64,000 nucleotides of DNA from Actinomycetota bacterium (GTDB lineage Bacteria > Actinomycetota > UBA4738 > HRBIN12). The first letter of the stretch is position 1. Every line of letters starts with the position of its first letter. A program made the position numbers and the translations under genes. Below, in pieces: positions 38,004-49,933 of this stretch. Under the pieces are notes generated by a model. It ran no database searches and was not told the origin of the DNA. It was given only the letters and a program-made list of their open reading frames with translations. The DNA is taken from NCBI GenBank assembly GCA_036374435.1, contig DASUTU010000030.1, forward strand, positions 15,539 to 79,538, in the 5' to 3' direction.

Positions 38004-40420
38004 CTCCCCAGGGCACGGTCACGCTCACGATCGACGGCAAAGAGGTCGCGGTCCCCGGAGGGACCCTGATCATCCGGGCCGCCGAGCGGCTGGGGATCGA
38101 GATCCCGCGCTTCTGCGATCATCCGTTCCTCGAGCCGGTCGGGGCGTGCCGGCAGTGTTACGTGGAGGTCGAGGGCCAACGCAAGCTCTTCACCTCGTGC
38201 ACGACGGCCGTCGCGCCCGACATGGTTGTGCGGACCCAATACACGTCGGACGTGGTCCGGGACGCTCAGGAGGCCAACCTCGAGTTCCTCCTGCTCAACC
38301 ACCCGCTCGACTGTCCCGTCTGCGACCGCGGCGGCGAGTGCCCTCTCCAGGACCAGGCGCTGGCATTCGGGCCCGGCGAGAGCCGGTACACGGAGCCCAA
38401 ACGGGTCTACGCGAAGCCCATCCCGCTCTCTCCGCTGGTCAAGCTGGACCGGGAACGGTGCGTGCTCTGCGCCCGCTGCACCCGGTTCTGTGACGAGATC
38501 AGCGGCGACCGGTTCATCGAGCTGTTCGCCCGCGGAGCCGGCGAGCGCGTGTCGATCTCGGGCGGCGAGGATTTCCGGTCGCCGTTCAGCGGCAACACGG
38601 TGCAGATCTGTCCGGTGGGAGCGCTCACGTCTTCGACGTACCGCTTCGTTGCCCGGCCGTTCGACCTGTCCAGCGCCGACTCCGTGTGCGGTCACTGCAG
38701 CGCTGGCTGCAACGTCAAGGTGGACGTCCGCGGCGGCGAGATCGTGCGGGTGCTGGCCCGCGACAACCTCGAGGTGAACGACGCCTGGCTGTGCGACAAG
38801 GGACGGTACGCGTTCCGCCACCCGGACCTGCCCTCGCGCGTCACGACGCCGCTGATCCGCGATCGCGGCCTCGAGCCGGCCTCGTTCGGTGAGGTGCTCG
38901 GGACGATCGCCACGTGGTGCCGCGACGCGCGGGTGGCGTTCCTCGCGGGCGGCCGGCTGGCCGACGAGGACGCGTACGCGTTGTCCAAGCTCGCCCGGAC
39001 CGTCGTGGGGACCAACGACCTCGACCACCGACGAGCCTTCCTGGGTGGCAAGGCCGAGGAGCTCGCGGCCGCGGCCCCGCTGGCGACGACCTATCGCGAC
39101 GTCGAGCGGGCGAAGGTGATCCTGGTGGCCGGGCTCGACGCCGAGCAGGAGGTGCCGATCCTGCACCTGCGGATCCGCAAGGCGGCGCGCCGCGGGGCAC
39201 GGGTCTTCGTCATCCACCCCCGGACCACCCGCCTGCACGACGTCGCGGAGCACGCGCTCTGCCGGCCCGAACATCAAACGTACGTGCTCGAGCAGATCCA
39301 CGACGCGGACGGCGACGGCGACGGCTTCGTGGACCGCGTGGCCGCGGCCCTGCGGGGGGCCGGGGAGGACGGCGTCGTGTTGGCCGGCGAACGCCTTGCC
39401 GAACACCCGCTGGCTGCGGACGTCGCCCTCTCGGTGGCGCAGCGATACGGGGCACGGTTCGGCTACGTGACGCGGCGGGCGAACGACCGCGGGGCGCTGC
39501 GGGCCGGCGTCCATCCCGCCCTGCTCCCCGGGGGCCGCCGGGTGGATGACGCGGACCGGCGGGCCGAGGTCGAGTCGGTCTGGGGTTCCCTCACCGCGGC
39601 CGAGCGGGGGCGCTCGGGCCGGGAGATCCTCGAGGCCTGCGCCGCCGGCGAGATCGACCTCCTGTTCCTGGCCGGCGTCGACCCCCTTCGGGACCTGCCC
39701 GACGCCGGGCTGGTCCGCCGGGCCCTCGGCAACGTCCGGTTCAAGGTCGTCCAGGGATTGGAGCTCGGTGGCCTCGAGCCGTACGCGGACGCGTTCCTCC
39801 CGGCGGCGGCCTGGGCCGAACGGGAGGGGACGGTCACGGATTGGGAGGGTCGCCCGCAGGAGATCCGTCCGGTCCGGTCGGCGGCCGGGGTGTCCCGGCC
39901 GGACTGGGAGATCTTCGCCGTCCTCGCCGCGGCCATGGGAGGCGACCTCGGATTCGAAACGATCGAGGAGCTTCGCGCGGAGGCCGGCCGCCTGCTCGAG
40001 CCGCGGCACGCGTCGGTCCGGACCGACGCGTGGACCGGGACCGGCCGGCCGCAGCTCCTGGGGGACCTGACGTTGTTCACCTATCCGCTGCTCGTGGACG
40101 AAGGCCGCCTCTCCGACGGCGCCGACGATCTCAAGGCGGCGCTCGCCGAGGAGCCGTTCGTCGAGGTGCACCCGGAGGACGCCGAGAAGCGGGGCGTCCT
40201 GGACGGCGGCAGGGTACGGGTCCGGACGGACCTCGGACAGGCCGAGGTGCCGGTCCGGGTGACGCCGGACGTGGCGCCCGGGTCCGTGTTCGTGCCGTTC
40301 AACCAGCGGGACCTGGCCGCGAACACCCTGCTGGCGCGAGGGTTCGTGGAGCCGGCGACGATCGAACCCGTCCCGGAGCCGGCCGAGGCCGGCGCCGCCG
40401 CATCGGAGGGAGCCGCCTAG
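38000..40420 (+). CDS. nuoG: NADH-quinone oxidoreductase subunit G
   Basis: N-terminal 2Fe-2S and 4Fe-4S Cys motifs ([32 protein letters not shown]), then a molybdopterin-like domain; 806 aa. Confidence 0.9.
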
Positions 40421-41547
40421 TGGACTGGCTCGACTGGGTGCTGCTCGTGGTCCGGGTCGTCGTCGTGTTCTTCGCGCTCCTGCTCTCGGTCCTGCTCCTG
40501 ATCTGGATGGAGCGCAAGGTCATCGCCGACATGCAGACGCGGGTCGGCCCGATGCGCGCGGGGCCCCGTGGGCTGCTGATCACGCTCGCCGACGGCATCA
40601 AGCTCTTCTTCAAGGAGGGCATCACGCCCACCCTGGTCGATCGCCCCGTCTACCTGGTTGCGCCCGTGATCGCGATGTTGCCCGCGTTCCTCGCCTTCGC
40701 CGTGATCCCGTTCGGGACGAGCGTGACGGTGTTCGGCCGCGAGATCCCGTTCCAGATCGCCGACCTGAACATCGGCGTCTTGTGGGTCCTGGCCATGGGG
40801 TCGCTGATGGTCTACTCGATCGTGCTGGCGGGATGGTCGAGCGGGTCGAACTACCCGTTGCTCGGCGGGATCCGCTCCTCGGCACAGATGATCAGCTACG
40901 AGATCGGCATGGGCCTCGCGCTCGTCGCCGTGTTGTTGTACTCGGACTCGCTTCGGATGTCGGAGATCGTGGCGAACCAGGACTCGGTGTGGAACGTGAT
41001 CCCGCAGTTCCCCGCGTTCGTGATCTATCTCGTGGCCGGGCTGGCCGAGACGAACCGCCCGCCGTTCGACCTGCCGGAGGCCGAGTCGGAGCTGGTCGCC
41101 GGCTACCACACCGAATACAGCGGCATCAAGTTCGCGATGTTCTTCCTCGGCGAATACCTCAACGCCGTGACGGTGGCGGCCGTGGCGACCACCCTGTGGC
41201 TGGGCGGATGGCGCGGCCCGGCTCCGGACTTCCTGCCGTGGCTGTGGCCGGTCCTGTGGTTCCTGGTCAAGGTGCTGGCCGTCCTCTACGCCTACATCTG
41301 GATCCGCGCCACGTTGCCTCGGTTCCGCTACGACCGGCTGATGGCGTTCGGGTGGAAGTTCCTGATCCCGTTCGGCCTGCTGTGGGTCCTGGCCACCGGG
41401 GCCGTGGTCGTGCTCCCGGAGGCTTACGGCCGGCAGGCCGTCGTCACGGGGGCGGCGATCGTGGTCGGTCTCGTCCTGGCGCTCTCGCTGATCTGGCCGC
41501 TGTTCTCGCGGCCGGCGGATCGGACGCGGGAGGTGACGCCGTCGTGA
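40420..41547 (+). CDS. nuoH: NADH-quinone oxidoreductase subunit H
   Basis: [41 protein letters not shown]. Confidence 0.9.
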   Translation: MDWLDWVLLVVRVVVVFFALLLSVLLLIWMERKVIADMQTRVGPMRAGPRGLLITLADGIKLFFKEGITPTLVDRPVYLVAPVIAMLPAFLAFAVIPFGTSVTVFGREIPFQIADLNIGVLWVLAMGSLMVYSIVLAGWSSGSNYPLLGGIRSSAQMISYEIGMGLALVAVLLYSDSLRMSEIVANQDSVWNVIPQFPAFVIYLVAGLAETNRPPFDLPEAESELVAGYHTEYSGIKFAMFFLGEYLNAVTVAAVATTLWLGGWRGPAPDFLPWLWPVLWFLVKVLAVLYAYIWIRATLPRFRYDRLMAFGWKFLIPFGLLWVLATGAVVVLPEAYGRQAVVTGAAIVVGLVLALSLIWPLFSRPADRTREVTPS

Positions 41548-42044
41548 GCGAGCGGGGCCGTCCACCGCGCCCGGACTTCGGCTCGGCGATCGCCGCCGTG
41601 AGCAAGGGGCTGGCGACGGTCTTCAAACAGATCTTCCGGCGCGACGTCACCGAGCAGTACCCCAAGGAGATCGTGCCGCCGCCGCCCCGCAGCCACATCG
41701 GCCGGCACCTGCTGAACCGTCACGAGAACGGGCTCGAGAAGTGTATCGGCTGCGAGCTGTGCGCGTACGCGTGTCCGGCCGACGCGATCTGGGTCGAGGG
41801 AGCCGACAACGACCCGGAGAACCCGACGAGCCCGGGCGAGCGGTACGCGAAGGACTACCAGATCAACTACCTGCGCTGCATCATGTGCGGTCTGTGCGTC
41901 GAGGCGTGCCCGACCCGGGCCCTCACGCTCACGAGCGCGTTCGAGATGAGCTACACGTCCCGGGAGGACGCGATCCTGACCAAGCAGGAGCTCCTGGAGC
42001 CGCCCTTGCCGCTCGGGACGGCGCCGGGGACGAGGGAGGGGTAG
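41544..42044 (+). CDS. nuoI: NADH-quinone oxidoreductase subunit I
   Basis: [12 protein letters not shown] and [12 protein letters not shown]; 166 aa. Confidence 0.9.
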   Translation: MSERGRPPRPDFGSAIAAVSKGLATVFKQIFRRDVTEQYPKEIVPPPPRSHIGRHLLNRHENGLEKCIGCELCAYACPADAIWVEGADNDPENPTSPGERYAKDYQINYLRCIMCGLCVEACPTRALTLTSAFEMSYTSREDAILTKQELLEPPLPLGTAPGTREG

Positions 42045-42047
42045 CCG

Positions 42048-42644
42048 GTGCCGCTCGACAACCTCGTCTTCTGGGTGTTCGCGCCGATCTGTGTCGGAAG
42101 CGCCCTGGCGATGATCCTGCAGCGCAACGCGGTGCACGCCGCGCTCCTCCTCGTCGTCAACTTCTTCACGATCTCGGTCTTCTACCTGGTCCTCGGCGCC
42201 TCGTTCCTGTTCGCGGTGCAGATCATCGTGTACGCGGGCGCCATCATGGTGCTGTTCCTCTTCGTGATCATGCTCCTGGGCGTGGATCGAGACGAACCGC
42301 TGGTCGAGCGGATCCGGGGACAACGCGCCCTCGGCGTGACGCTCGGGGTCGGGATCTTCCTGGAGCTGTTCTTCGCCGTCCGAGCCGGCATCGGGTTCGC
42401 CACGCGGGCGCCGGCGTCCTTCGACCGGGTCGCCAACGAGGGCGGCAACCCGGTCGCGTTGTCGCGCGTGTTGTTCCGGGATTACTTCTTCCCCTTCGAG
42501 GTCACCTCGGTGCTGCTGATCGTCGCCGCCGTGGCGGTCATGGTGCTGGCGTCCCGGCAGCGCCGGGCGATCACGCGGGCCGAGGTCGAGCGCGCCGCGG
42601 CTCAGAGCCCGGCTCGAGAGACGGCTCCGGATCCGGCGCCGTGA
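42048..42644 (+). CDS. nuoJ: NADH-quinone oxidoreductase subunit J
   Basis: 5 TM helices in typical operon position. Confidence 0.85.
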   Translation: MPLDNLVFWVFAPICVGSALAMILQRNAVHAALLLVVNFFTISVFYLVLGASFLFAVQIIVYAGAIMVLFLFVIMLLGVDRDEPLVERIRGQRALGVTLGVGIFLELFFAVRAGIGFATRAPASFDRVANEGGNPVALSRVLFRDYFFPFEVTSVLLIVAAVAVMVLASRQRRAITRAEVERAAAQSPARETAPDPAP

Positions 42645-42946
42645 GGACGCCCATCTCCTACTTCCTGATCGTGTCCGGGATGCTCTTCGCCATCGGCACC
42701 GTGGGCGTGTTGGTTCGCAAGAACGCGCTCGTGATCTTCATGGCGGTCGAGCTCCAGCTGAACGCGGTGAACCTGTCGCTGGTCGCGTTCAGCCGTATGC
42801 ACAACAACCTGAACGGGCAGGTCATGGCGTTCTTCTCCATGGTCGTGGCCGCCGCCGAGGTCGTGGTCGGCCTGGCGATCATCGTGACCATCTACCGCCG
42901 TCGCCAGAGCGCCAGCGTGGACGACGCGAACGTGTTGCGAGGGTGA
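42641..42946 (+). CDS. nuoK: NADH-quinone oxidoreductase subunit K
   Basis: 101 aa; [17 protein letters not shown]. Confidence 0.85.
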   Translation: MRTPISYFLIVSGMLFAIGTVGVLVRKNALVIFMAVELQLNAVNLSLVAFSRMHNNLNGQVMAFFSMVVAAAEVVVGLAIIVTIYRRRQSASVDDANVLRG

Positions 42947-42950
42947 GCGG

Positions 42951-44825
42951 ATGTTCGACCTGGCCTGGCTGATCCCCGCGCTCCCGCTCGCCGGGGCGGT
43001 CCTGAACCTGTTCGCCGGACGCCGCCTGGGGAGCCGGGCCGGCTGGGTGGCCTCCGCGCTCGTCGCGGCCTCGTTCGCCGTGGCCGTCGCCGTCCTGATC
43101 GATCTCGTGGCGCTGCCGGGCGAGGAGCGTCGTCACGCGGTTCGGCTGTTCGAGTGGATCGCGGCCGGAGCGTTCCGGGTCGAGGCGACCATCCTGCTCG
43201 ACCCGCTGTCGATGACGATGACGCTCGTCGTCACCGGCGTGGGGGCGCTGATCCACGTCTACGCGGTCGGCTACCTGGAGAACGACCCGCGCGTGGGCCT
43301 GTTCTTCTCGTACTTCAACCTGTTCGTGTTCTTCATGTTGATGCTCGTCTTGGCGGACAACTACCTCGTGCTCTACCTGGGGTGGGAGGGCGTCGGCCTC
43401 TGTTCGTACCTCCTGATCGGCTTCTGGCACGACCGTCCCGTCGCGGCGAGCGCCGCCAAGAAGGCGTTCGTCACCACCAGGATCGGCGACGCCGCGATGA
43501 TGTTGGGGCTCGTCTTGATCTTCGTGCACCTGGGGACGCTCGACTTCGAGACCGTTCTGGGGCCGGAGGCCGGGGCGCTCTCGAACGGCGCGGCGACGGC
43601 GATCGCCCTCCTGCTGCTGGCCGGCGCCGTCGGCAAGTCCGCGCAGCTCCCGCTCCACGTCTGGTTGCCCGACGCCATGGAGGGCCCCACGCCGGTCTCG
43701 GCCCTGATCCACGCGGCGACGATGGTGACGGCGGGCGTGTACCTCATCGTCCGGTCGCACCCGCTCTTCGAGGCCTCCGACATCGCGCTCACGGTGGTCC
43801 TGGTGGTCGGACTCCTGTCGGCGATCTACGCCGCGCTCGCCTCGATCGGCCAGTTCGACGTCAAGCGCGCCCTGGCCTATTCAACGATGAGCCAGATCGG
43901 CTTCATGTTCTTCGCCGCCGGCATGGGTTTCTACGCCGGGGCGATGCTCCTGCTGGTCGCGCACGCCTTCTACAAGGCCCTGTTGTTCCTGACGAGCGGC
44001 AACGTGATGCACGGCCTGCACGACGAGACCGACCTTCGGGCCATGGGAGGCCTCCGGTCGGAGATGCCCGTCTCGACCGCGTGGTTCGGCATCGGGGCGC
44101 TGGCGCTGGCCGGGGTGCCGCCGCTGGCCGGCTTCTTCGCCAAGGACCACATCGTGAACTTCGCCTCACAGTCGGGGCGGGCGACGGCATGGGTCCTGGC
44201 CTCGATCGCCGCGTTCATCTCGGCGGTGTACATCTCGCGGCCGCTCTTCCTGGTGTTCTTCGGACGCCGGCGGACGGAGGCCCGGGCGCACGAAGCGCCG
44301 TGGCGCATGCACGCACCGCTGGCGGTCCTGGCCGCCGGCGCCGTGACGAGCGGCCTGGTTCTCGGGCTCCAGGCCGAGGGCGGCCTGCTCGAACGGTTCC
44401 TGGAGCCGGTGACGGGCGCGGCCCACGGCACCGGGACCGGTCCCTCCGAGGCCGTGTTGATCGCCGTCTCGATCGTGATCGCCGTGGCGGGGGTGGCCGT
44501 CGCCTGGTGGATCTGGGGATCCGAGCGCGTCGACTGGCAGTCGTTCCCCGAGCGTCAGCCCGAGCTCGCGGGGTGGCTCTCGAACGCCTTCTACCTGAAC
44601 GCGCTGTATTCGTGGCTGGTCCGGGCTCCGGGGCTGGGGTTCGGCCGGGGCCTCCGAGTCGTGGACGACCGCGTCGTGGACGGGGCGGCCAACGAGCTCG
44701 GCGTCGCGGTCACGCGCTCGTCCCGCCTCGCCCCCATCCTGCAGTCCGGGTTGGTCCGCTCGTACGCGCTCGCGTTCCTGCTCGGTGCGGTCGTGCTCCT
44801 GCTCTTCATGGGGTTGCGGTTCTGA
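42951..44825 (+). CDS. nuoL: NADH-quinone oxidoreductase subunit L
   Basis: 624 aa antiporter-like subunit; LPDAMEGPTPVSALIHAATMV. Confidence 0.9.
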   Translation: MFDLAWLIPALPLAGAVLNLFAGRRLGSRAGWVASALVAASFAVAVAVLIDLVALPGEERRHAVRLFEWIAAGAFRVEATILLDPLSMTMTLVVTGVGALIHVYAVGYLENDPRVGLFFSYFNLFVFFMLMLVLADNYLVLYLGWEGVGLCSYLLIGFWHDRPVAASAAKKAFVTTRIGDAAMMLGLVLIFVHLGTLDFETVLGPEAGALSNGAATAIALLLLAGAVGKSAQLPLHVWLPDAMEGPTPVSALIHAATMVTAGVYLIVRSHPLFEASDIALTVVLVVGLLSAIYAALASIGQFDVKRALAYSTMSQIGFMFFAAGMGFYAGAMLLLVAHAFYKALLFLTSGNVMHGLHDETDLRAMGGLRSEMPVSTAWFGIGALALAGVPPLAGFFAKDHIVNFASQSGRATAWVLASIAAFISAVYISRPLFLVFFGRRRTEARAHEAPWRMHAPLAVLAAGAVTSGLVLGLQAEGGLLERFLEPVTGAAHGTGTGPSEAVLIAVSIVIAVAGVAVAWWIWGSERVDWQSFPERQPELAGWLSNAFYLNALYSWLVRAPGLGFGRGLRVVDDRVVDGAANELGVAVTRSSRLAPILQSGLVRSYALAFLLGAVVLLLFMGLRF

Positions 44826-46456
44826 TGCCCTGGCTCACGGTGCTCATCTTCCTGCCGCTGCTCGGGGTCCCGGTGCTCGCGTTGTGGCCGCGGATGTCGG
44901 ACGCCGTCGCCCGGTGGGTGACGCTCGTGGTGATGGTGGCCACGTTCATCGTGGCCCTCGGCGCCCTCGGCGCCTTCGACCCGCAGGTCGCCGGGTATCA
45001 GCTGGTCGAGCGGGTCGAGTGGGTGTCGTCGGCGGGCCTGGCGTACCTGGTGGGCGTCGACGGGTTCAGCATCTGGCTGGTCGTCTTGACCGCGTTCCTG
45101 TTCCCGGTGGGGCTGCTGGCCGCGTGGACCACGACCCATCGCGTCCGGCTGTTCATGGCGCTGTCGCTGCTGCTCGAGACCGTGGTGCTGGGGTCGTTCT
45201 GCGCGCTCGACCTGTTGTTGTTCTTCGTGTTCTTCGAGGCGCTGCTGGTCCCCATGTTCCTGATCATCGGGGTCTGGGGATCGGGCCGGCGTGTGTACGC
45301 GAGCGTCAAGTTCTTCCTCTACACGATGTTCGGCTCCGCGTTCATCCTCGCCGCCACCGTCTACCTCTGGTTCCAGACATCGGCGCAGTTCGGACAGGGG
45401 AGCTTCGACCTTCGCCAGATGGAGCAGCTCTCCTTGGGCGTGACGGCGCAGCGATGGCTGTTCGTCGCGTTCTTCGTCGGGTTCGCGGTGAAGGTGCCGA
45501 TCTTTCCTCTGCACACGTGGCTCCCCGACGCCCACACGGAGGCTCCCACGCACGGATCGATCGTCTTGGCCGCGCTCCTGCTGAAGGCCGGTCCGTACGG
45601 GATCCTCCGGTTCAATCTCGACCTGTTCCCCGAGGCCAGCCGGTATTTCGCGGACGCCATCGCGGTGCTGGCCGTGATCGGCATCGTCTACGGCGCCATC
45701 GTGGCCATGATGCAGACCGACGTGAAACGCCTGGTGGCGTATTCGTCCGTGAGCCACATGGGGTTCGTGATCCTGGGGATCTTCACGTTCACCACCGAGG
45801 GGATGAGCGGCGCGGCGATCCAGATGGTGAACCACGGGTTGGCCACCGGGCTGCTGTTCTTCGCCATCGGGATGTTGTACGAGCGCACGCACACCCGAGA
45901 GATGGACGAGATGAGCGGCCTGGGGCAGGTGACGCCGTGGATCGCGGGGACGTTCCTGGTGGCGAGCCTGTCCTCGATCGGCCTGCCCGGACTGAACAAC
46001 TTCGTCGGCGAGTTCCTGGTGATCCTGGGGGCGTTCGGGGCGGACCGATGGTTCGGCGCCTTCGCCGTCAGTGGGGTGGTGCTCGCCGCGATCTACCTGC
46101 TGTGGGCGTACCAGCGCACGTTCCACGGGCCGGCCCGCGAGGGGCAACGCGGCCTGGCGGACATGGTGCCCCGCGAGTTCGCGGCCGTGGTGCCGGTCGT
46201 CGCCGCGATGATCTTCATCGGCGTGTACCCCAAGGTCGTGCTCGACCGGATCAACCCGACCAGCGACGGCGTCGTCCGGTGGGTCGAGACGGTGGAGGTC
46301 GATCAGCCCGACCTGCCCGGCGGGCTTCGGGCCGACGTCCAACCCGACTACGCGCCGCCGGAGGGCGTCATCGCGGCGGAGCGGGCGGGGGTTCGGGGGG
46401 CTCAAGGAGCGAGCGCGAATGCGCGAGCGTTCGCCCCCCGAGGGGAAGGCCCGTGA
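44825..46456 (+). CDS. nuoM: NADH-quinone oxidoreductase subunit M
   Basis: 543 aa; WLPDAHTEAPTHGSIVLAALLLK. Confidence 0.9.
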   Translation: MPWLTVLIFLPLLGVPVLALWPRMSDAVARWVTLVVMVATFIVALGALGAFDPQVAGYQLVERVEWVSSAGLAYLVGVDGFSIWLVVLTAFLFPVGLLAAWTTTHRVRLFMALSLLLETVVLGSFCALDLLLFFVFFEALLVPMFLIIGVWGSGRRVYASVKFFLYTMFGSAFILAATVYLWFQTSAQFGQGSFDLRQMEQLSLGVTAQRWLFVAFFVGFAVKVPIFPLHTWLPDAHTEAPTHGSIVLAALLLKAGPYGILRFNLDLFPEASRYFADAIAVLAVIGIVYGAIVAMMQTDVKRLVAYSSVSHMGFVILGIFTFTTEGMSGAAIQMVNHGLATGLLFFAIGMLYERTHTREMDEMSGLGQVTPWIAGTFLVASLSSIGLPGLNNFVGEFLVILGAFGADRWFGAFAVSGVVLAAIYLLWAYQRTFHGPAREGQRGLADMVPREFAAVVPVVAAMIFIGVYPKVVLDRINPTSDGVVRWVETVEVDQPDLPGGLRADVQPDYAPPEGVIAAERAGVRGAQGASANARAFAPRGEGP

Positions 46457-47901
46457 TCGGCACCCCCGCCATCGACCTGGGACCCGTCGTCCCCGAGCTC
46501 ATTCTGGTGGGGACGGCCATCCTGGTCTTGCTGGGCGCCGCGCTGGCGCGGCGGGTCGAGCCGCTCGGCTGGTTGTTCGTCTCGCTGGCCGGGGTGGGCG
46601 GCGCCGCGGCGGCCGCGGTGGCGCTCTGGGACCGCGAGGGGGACCTGACGGTCCTGGGCGGAACGGTCGCCGCCGACCGGTTCGGGGTTGCGGTTCGATT
46701 GATCCTGCTGGCCATCGCGGCGATCGGCCTCGTCCTCGGCCACCACTACTTCGAACGTTCGGGCGAGGGCCGGCCGGAGTTCTACCCGCTCGTGCTGTTC
46801 GCGACCTCTGGCATGACGCTCATCGCCGTCGCCACCGACCTGATCCTGGTGTTCCTGGCGCTCGAGGTACTGTCGCTGTCGCTGTACGTGTTGACCGGCC
46901 TCGGATCGCGGCTGGGCTCGATCGAGGGCGCGATGAAGTACTTCTTGCTCGGCGCGTTCTCCTCGGCCTTCTTCCTGTTCGGCGTCGCGATGGCCTACGG
47001 CGCGACGGGATCCACGGGCTTCGCCGACGTGGCGTCCTCGCTGGCGGGCCGGACCGACGGGCTGGCGCTGGCCCTGACCGGGCTGGGGCTGCTCGCCGTG
47101 GGGTTCGCCTTCAAGGTCTCCGCCGTCCCCTTCCACATGTGGACGCCGGACGTGTACCAGGGGGCCCCCACGGCGGTGACGGCGTTCATGTCGGCCGCCA
47201 CGAAGGTGGCCGGGTTCGCGGCGTTGATGCGTCTGTTCAACATCGCGCTCCAGCCACTCGCCTGGGACTGGCGGCCGATCGTGTGGGCCCTGGCGGCCGT
47301 TTCGGTCGTGGCGGGCAGCGTGTTGGCCATTGCCCAGCGCGACGTCAAGCGCCTGCTCGCGTATTCGAGCATCGCCCACGCCGGGTTCGTGCTCACGGGC
47401 TTGACCGCGGCCGGCGAACCCGGCATCAGCGCGGGCCTGTATTACCTGCTCGCGTACTCGCTGACCATTCTCGGGGCGTTCGGCGTGGTCATGCTGGTGT
47501 CCTCGCGGGGCGACCGGCGCACCGAGCTGGAGGCCTACCGAGGCCTGGGCATGCACAGCCCGGTGCTGGCCGGCCTCCTGGCCGTCTTCCTCCTGTCGCT
47601 CACGGGGATCCCGCCGACGGCCGGGTTCGTGGCGAAGGTCGCGGTGTTCAGCGCCGCGATGGAGGCCGGAGGGTGGCCGCTCGTGTTGATCGGCGTCGTC
47701 GCGAGCGTGGTCGCCGCCTATTTCTACCTGCGGGTCATCGTGTTGATGTTCATGCACGAGCCGGAGGGCGAACCCGAGACCGACCGAGGCTGGGTGCCGA
47801 GGTTCGTCGTGGGGCTGCCGGCGGCCCTCGTGCTGATCCTGGGCGTGTTCCCGGGGCTCGTGGTCGGCTTCCTGGAGACCGCGGCGGTGTTGCGCTGGTG
47901 A
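46453..47901 (+). CDS. nuoN: NADH-quinone oxidoreductase subunit N
   Basis: 482 aa; MWTPDVYQGAPTAVTAFM. Confidence 0.9.
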   Translation: MIGTPAIDLGPVVPELILVGTAILVLLGAALARRVEPLGWLFVSLAGVGGAAAAAVALWDREGDLTVLGGTVAADRFGVAVRLILLAIAAIGLVLGHHYFERSGEGRPEFYPLVLFATSGMTLIAVATDLILVFLALEVLSLSLYVLTGLGSRLGSIEGAMKYFLLGAFSSAFFLFGVAMAYGATGSTGFADVASSLAGRTDGLALALTGLGLLAVGFAFKVSAVPFHMWTPDVYQGAPTAVTAFMSAATKVAGFAALMRLFNIALQPLAWDWRPIVWALAAVSVVAGSVLAIAQRDVKRLLAYSSIAHAGFVLTGLTAAGEPGISAGLYYLLAYSLTILGAFGVVMLVSSRGDRRTELEAYRGLGMHSPVLAGLLAVFLLSLTGIPPTAGFVAKVAVFSAAMEAGGWPLVLIGVVASVVAAYFYLRVIVLMFMHEPEGEPETDRGWVPRFVVGLPAALVLILGVFPGLVVGFLETAAVLRW

Positions 47902-47935
47902 CGCCGACGCGCGTCCTCAGGGTAGGGTCGGGGTC

Positions 47936-48958
47936 GTGAGCCGGCGCGTCATCCCAGGCCTCGAAGCGCCCGACCCGGGGCTCGAGCGCGACATCCGGGC
48001 CCGCCTGGACCAGGTCGAGGAGGCTCTGGAGAAGGCCGTGCGGGCGGACTCGAACCTGCTCGGCGAGACCGCCCAGTACCTGCTCTCCGCGGGCGGGAAG
48101 CGGTTCCGCCCGATCCTCACGTTGTTGTCGGGGTACTTCGGCGACCCGGCCGATCCGCGGTTGATCCCCGGGTCGGTCGCCATCGAGCTCGTGCATCAGG
48201 CCACCCTGTACCACGACGACGTGATCGACGAGGCCGACGCGCGGCACGGCGTCCCCGCCGCCAACGTCCGGTGGAGCAACACCGTCGCCATCCTGACGGG
48301 GGACTACCTGTTCGCGAAGGCGTCGGAGATCTCGACCGACCTCGGGACCGACATCTGCGCCCTGCTGGCTCGGACCATCGCCGTCCTGTGCGACGGGCAG
48401 ATCCGGGAGGTGGAGGCCGCCGGCCGCGTCGAGCAGACGGTGGACGCCTACATGGAGATCATCCGCCGCAAGACCGGGGCGCTGATCGCGACGTCGTGCC
48501 GGCTCGGCGGGATGCTCTCGGACGCCCCCGCGGAGTCCGTCGACGTGCTGGAGCAGTTCGGCGAGGCGCTGGGGCTCGCCTTCCAGCTCTCCGACGACAT
48601 CATGGACTTCACCTCTACCAAGCAGGAGCTGCAGAAGCAGCCCGGTCAGGACCTCAAGGAAGGCGTGTACACGTTCCCGGTGCTGCACGCCCTCGTCGAC
48701 GGCGAACGCGCCGAGGAGCTGGGGGCGATCCTTCGATCGGGACCGCCGGAGGGGCCCGAGCTGGAGCGGGCGCTGGCCATCATCCACTCGTCCGAGAGCC
48801 TGTCGGTGGCGCGAGCCGCCGTGGTCGCGGAGGTCGACCTGGCCCACGGCCTCGCGTCCCGACTGCCGGTTGGCCCCGCCCGAGCGGCGTTGGAGCAGCT
48901 CGCGGAGTTCCTCGCTACGCGGTGCGGCGCCAGGCAGGGGGGTGCGGCGGACTCATGA
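47936..48958 (+). CDS. Long-chain (hepta/octaprenyl-type) polyprenyl diphosphate synthase, probably for the menaquinone side chain
   Basis: LYHDDVIDEAD and QLSDDIMD; 340 aa. Confidence 0.8.
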   Translation: MSRRVIPGLEAPDPGLERDIRARLDQVEEALEKAVRADSNLLGETAQYLLSAGGKRFRPILTLLSGYFGDPADPRLIPGSVAIELVHQATLYHDDVIDEADARHGVPAANVRWSNTVAILTGDYLFAKASEISTDLGTDICALLARTIAVLCDGQIREVEAAGRVEQTVDAYMEIIRRKTGALIATSCRLGGMLSDAPAESVDVLEQFGEALGLAFQLSDDIMDFTSTKQELQKQPGQDLKEGVYTFPVLHALVDGERAEELGAILRSGPPEGPELERALAIIHSSESLSVARAAVVAEVDLAHGLASRLPVGPARAALEQLAEFLATRCGARQGGAADS

Positions 48959-49012
48959 AGCGATCCGCACGGCGCGGCAGTCCCCCGGGAGGGAGGGCTG
49001 AGCAGGTGATGT

Positions 49013-49021
49013 TGCTAGAAT
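49013..49021 (+). promoter_or_regulatory. Extended -10 element TGcTAGAAT of a candidate nuo2 promoter
   Basis: A TGn-TAnnnT hexamer 9 nt upstream of the Rex operator. Confidence 0.3.
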
Positions 49022-49030
49022 CCGCGCTGC

Positions 49031-49048
49031 TCGCGAAAACCTTCACAA
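49031..49048. promoter_or_regulatory. Rex operator upstream of nuoA2: TCGCGAAaaccTTCACAA
   Basis: 12 of 14 half-site positions match; it ends 16 nt before the nuoA2 GTG. Confidence 0.55.
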
Positions 49049-49064
49049 GCGTGGAAAGTCGCCG

Positions 49065-49430
49065 GTGAGCACCTATTACGAGTCCTACGGAGTCGTTCTC
49101 GCGGTCCTGGTCGTCGGTGGTGGTTTGGTCGCGGTCGCCTTCGGAGCCGCACGACTGATCGCGCCCAGGCGCCCCCTGCCGGAGAAGCTGCTGACCTACG
49201 AATGCGGGATCGACCCGGTGGGGCAGGGGTGGTCCCAGAGCCAGGTGCGCTACTACATCTACGGGTTCCTGTTCGTGATCTTCGACATCGAGGCCGTCTT
49301 CCTGTTCCCCTGGGCCAGGATCTTCGAGGACCTCGGCTACCAGGCCGTGGCCGAGATGGCCATCTTCATCGGCATCCTGGGGGCGGGCCTGCTCTACGCC
49401 TGGCGGAAGGGGGTCCTGCGATGGGCCTGA
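49065..49430 (+). CDS. nuoA: NADH-quinone oxidoreductase subunit A, second copy
   Basis: [23 protein letters not shown]; 121 aa. Confidence 0.85.
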   Translation: MSTYYESYGVVLAVLVVGGGLVAVAFGAARLIAPRRPLPEKLLTYECGIDPVGQGWSQSQVRYYIYGFLFVIFDIEAVFLFPWARIFEDLGYQAVAEMAIFIGILGAGLLYAWRKGVLRWA

Positions 49431-49933
49431 TCACCGAACGCACCGGGCTCGCGCAGATCCAGCCCATCAAGTTCATCCTCAACTGGGGACGCAAGTATTC
49501 GCTGTGGGTGTTCAACTTCGGGCTGGCCTGCTGCTCGATCGAGTTCATCGCCGCCTCGACCTCCAAACACGACTTCATCCGGTTCGGCGTGATTCCGTTC
49601 GCGCACGGCCCGCGCCAGGCCGACCTCCTCGTGATCGCCGGGACGCCGACCGACAAGATGGCCCCGGTCATCAAGCGGCTCTACGACCAGATGGCGGACC
49701 CCAAGTACGTCATCTCGATGGGGTCGTGCGCCAACTGCGGGGGTCCGTACTGGGACTCGTATTCGGTGTTGAAGGGGATCGACCAGGTCCTGCCGGTGGA
49801 CGTCTACGTGCCCGGGTGCCCGCCGAGGCCCGAGGCGCTCCTGGAGGGCATCGTCCGGCTCCAGCAGAAGATCGAGAAGGAAGACATCAGGGAGAAGTGG
49901 AGTGGCAGGCTCACGGCCGCTACCCCCTCCTGA
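49421..49933 (+). CDS. nuoB: NADH-quinone oxidoreductase subunit B, second copy
   Basis: [29 protein letters not shown]. Confidence 0.85.
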   Translation: MGLITERTGLAQIQPIKFILNWGRKYSLWVFNFGLACCSIEFIAASTSKHDFIRFGVIPFAHGPRQADLLVIAGTPTDKMAPVIKRLYDQMADPKYVISMGSCANCGGPYWDSYSVLKGIDQVLPVDVYVPGCPPRPEALLEGIVRLQQKIEKEDIREKWSGRLTAATPS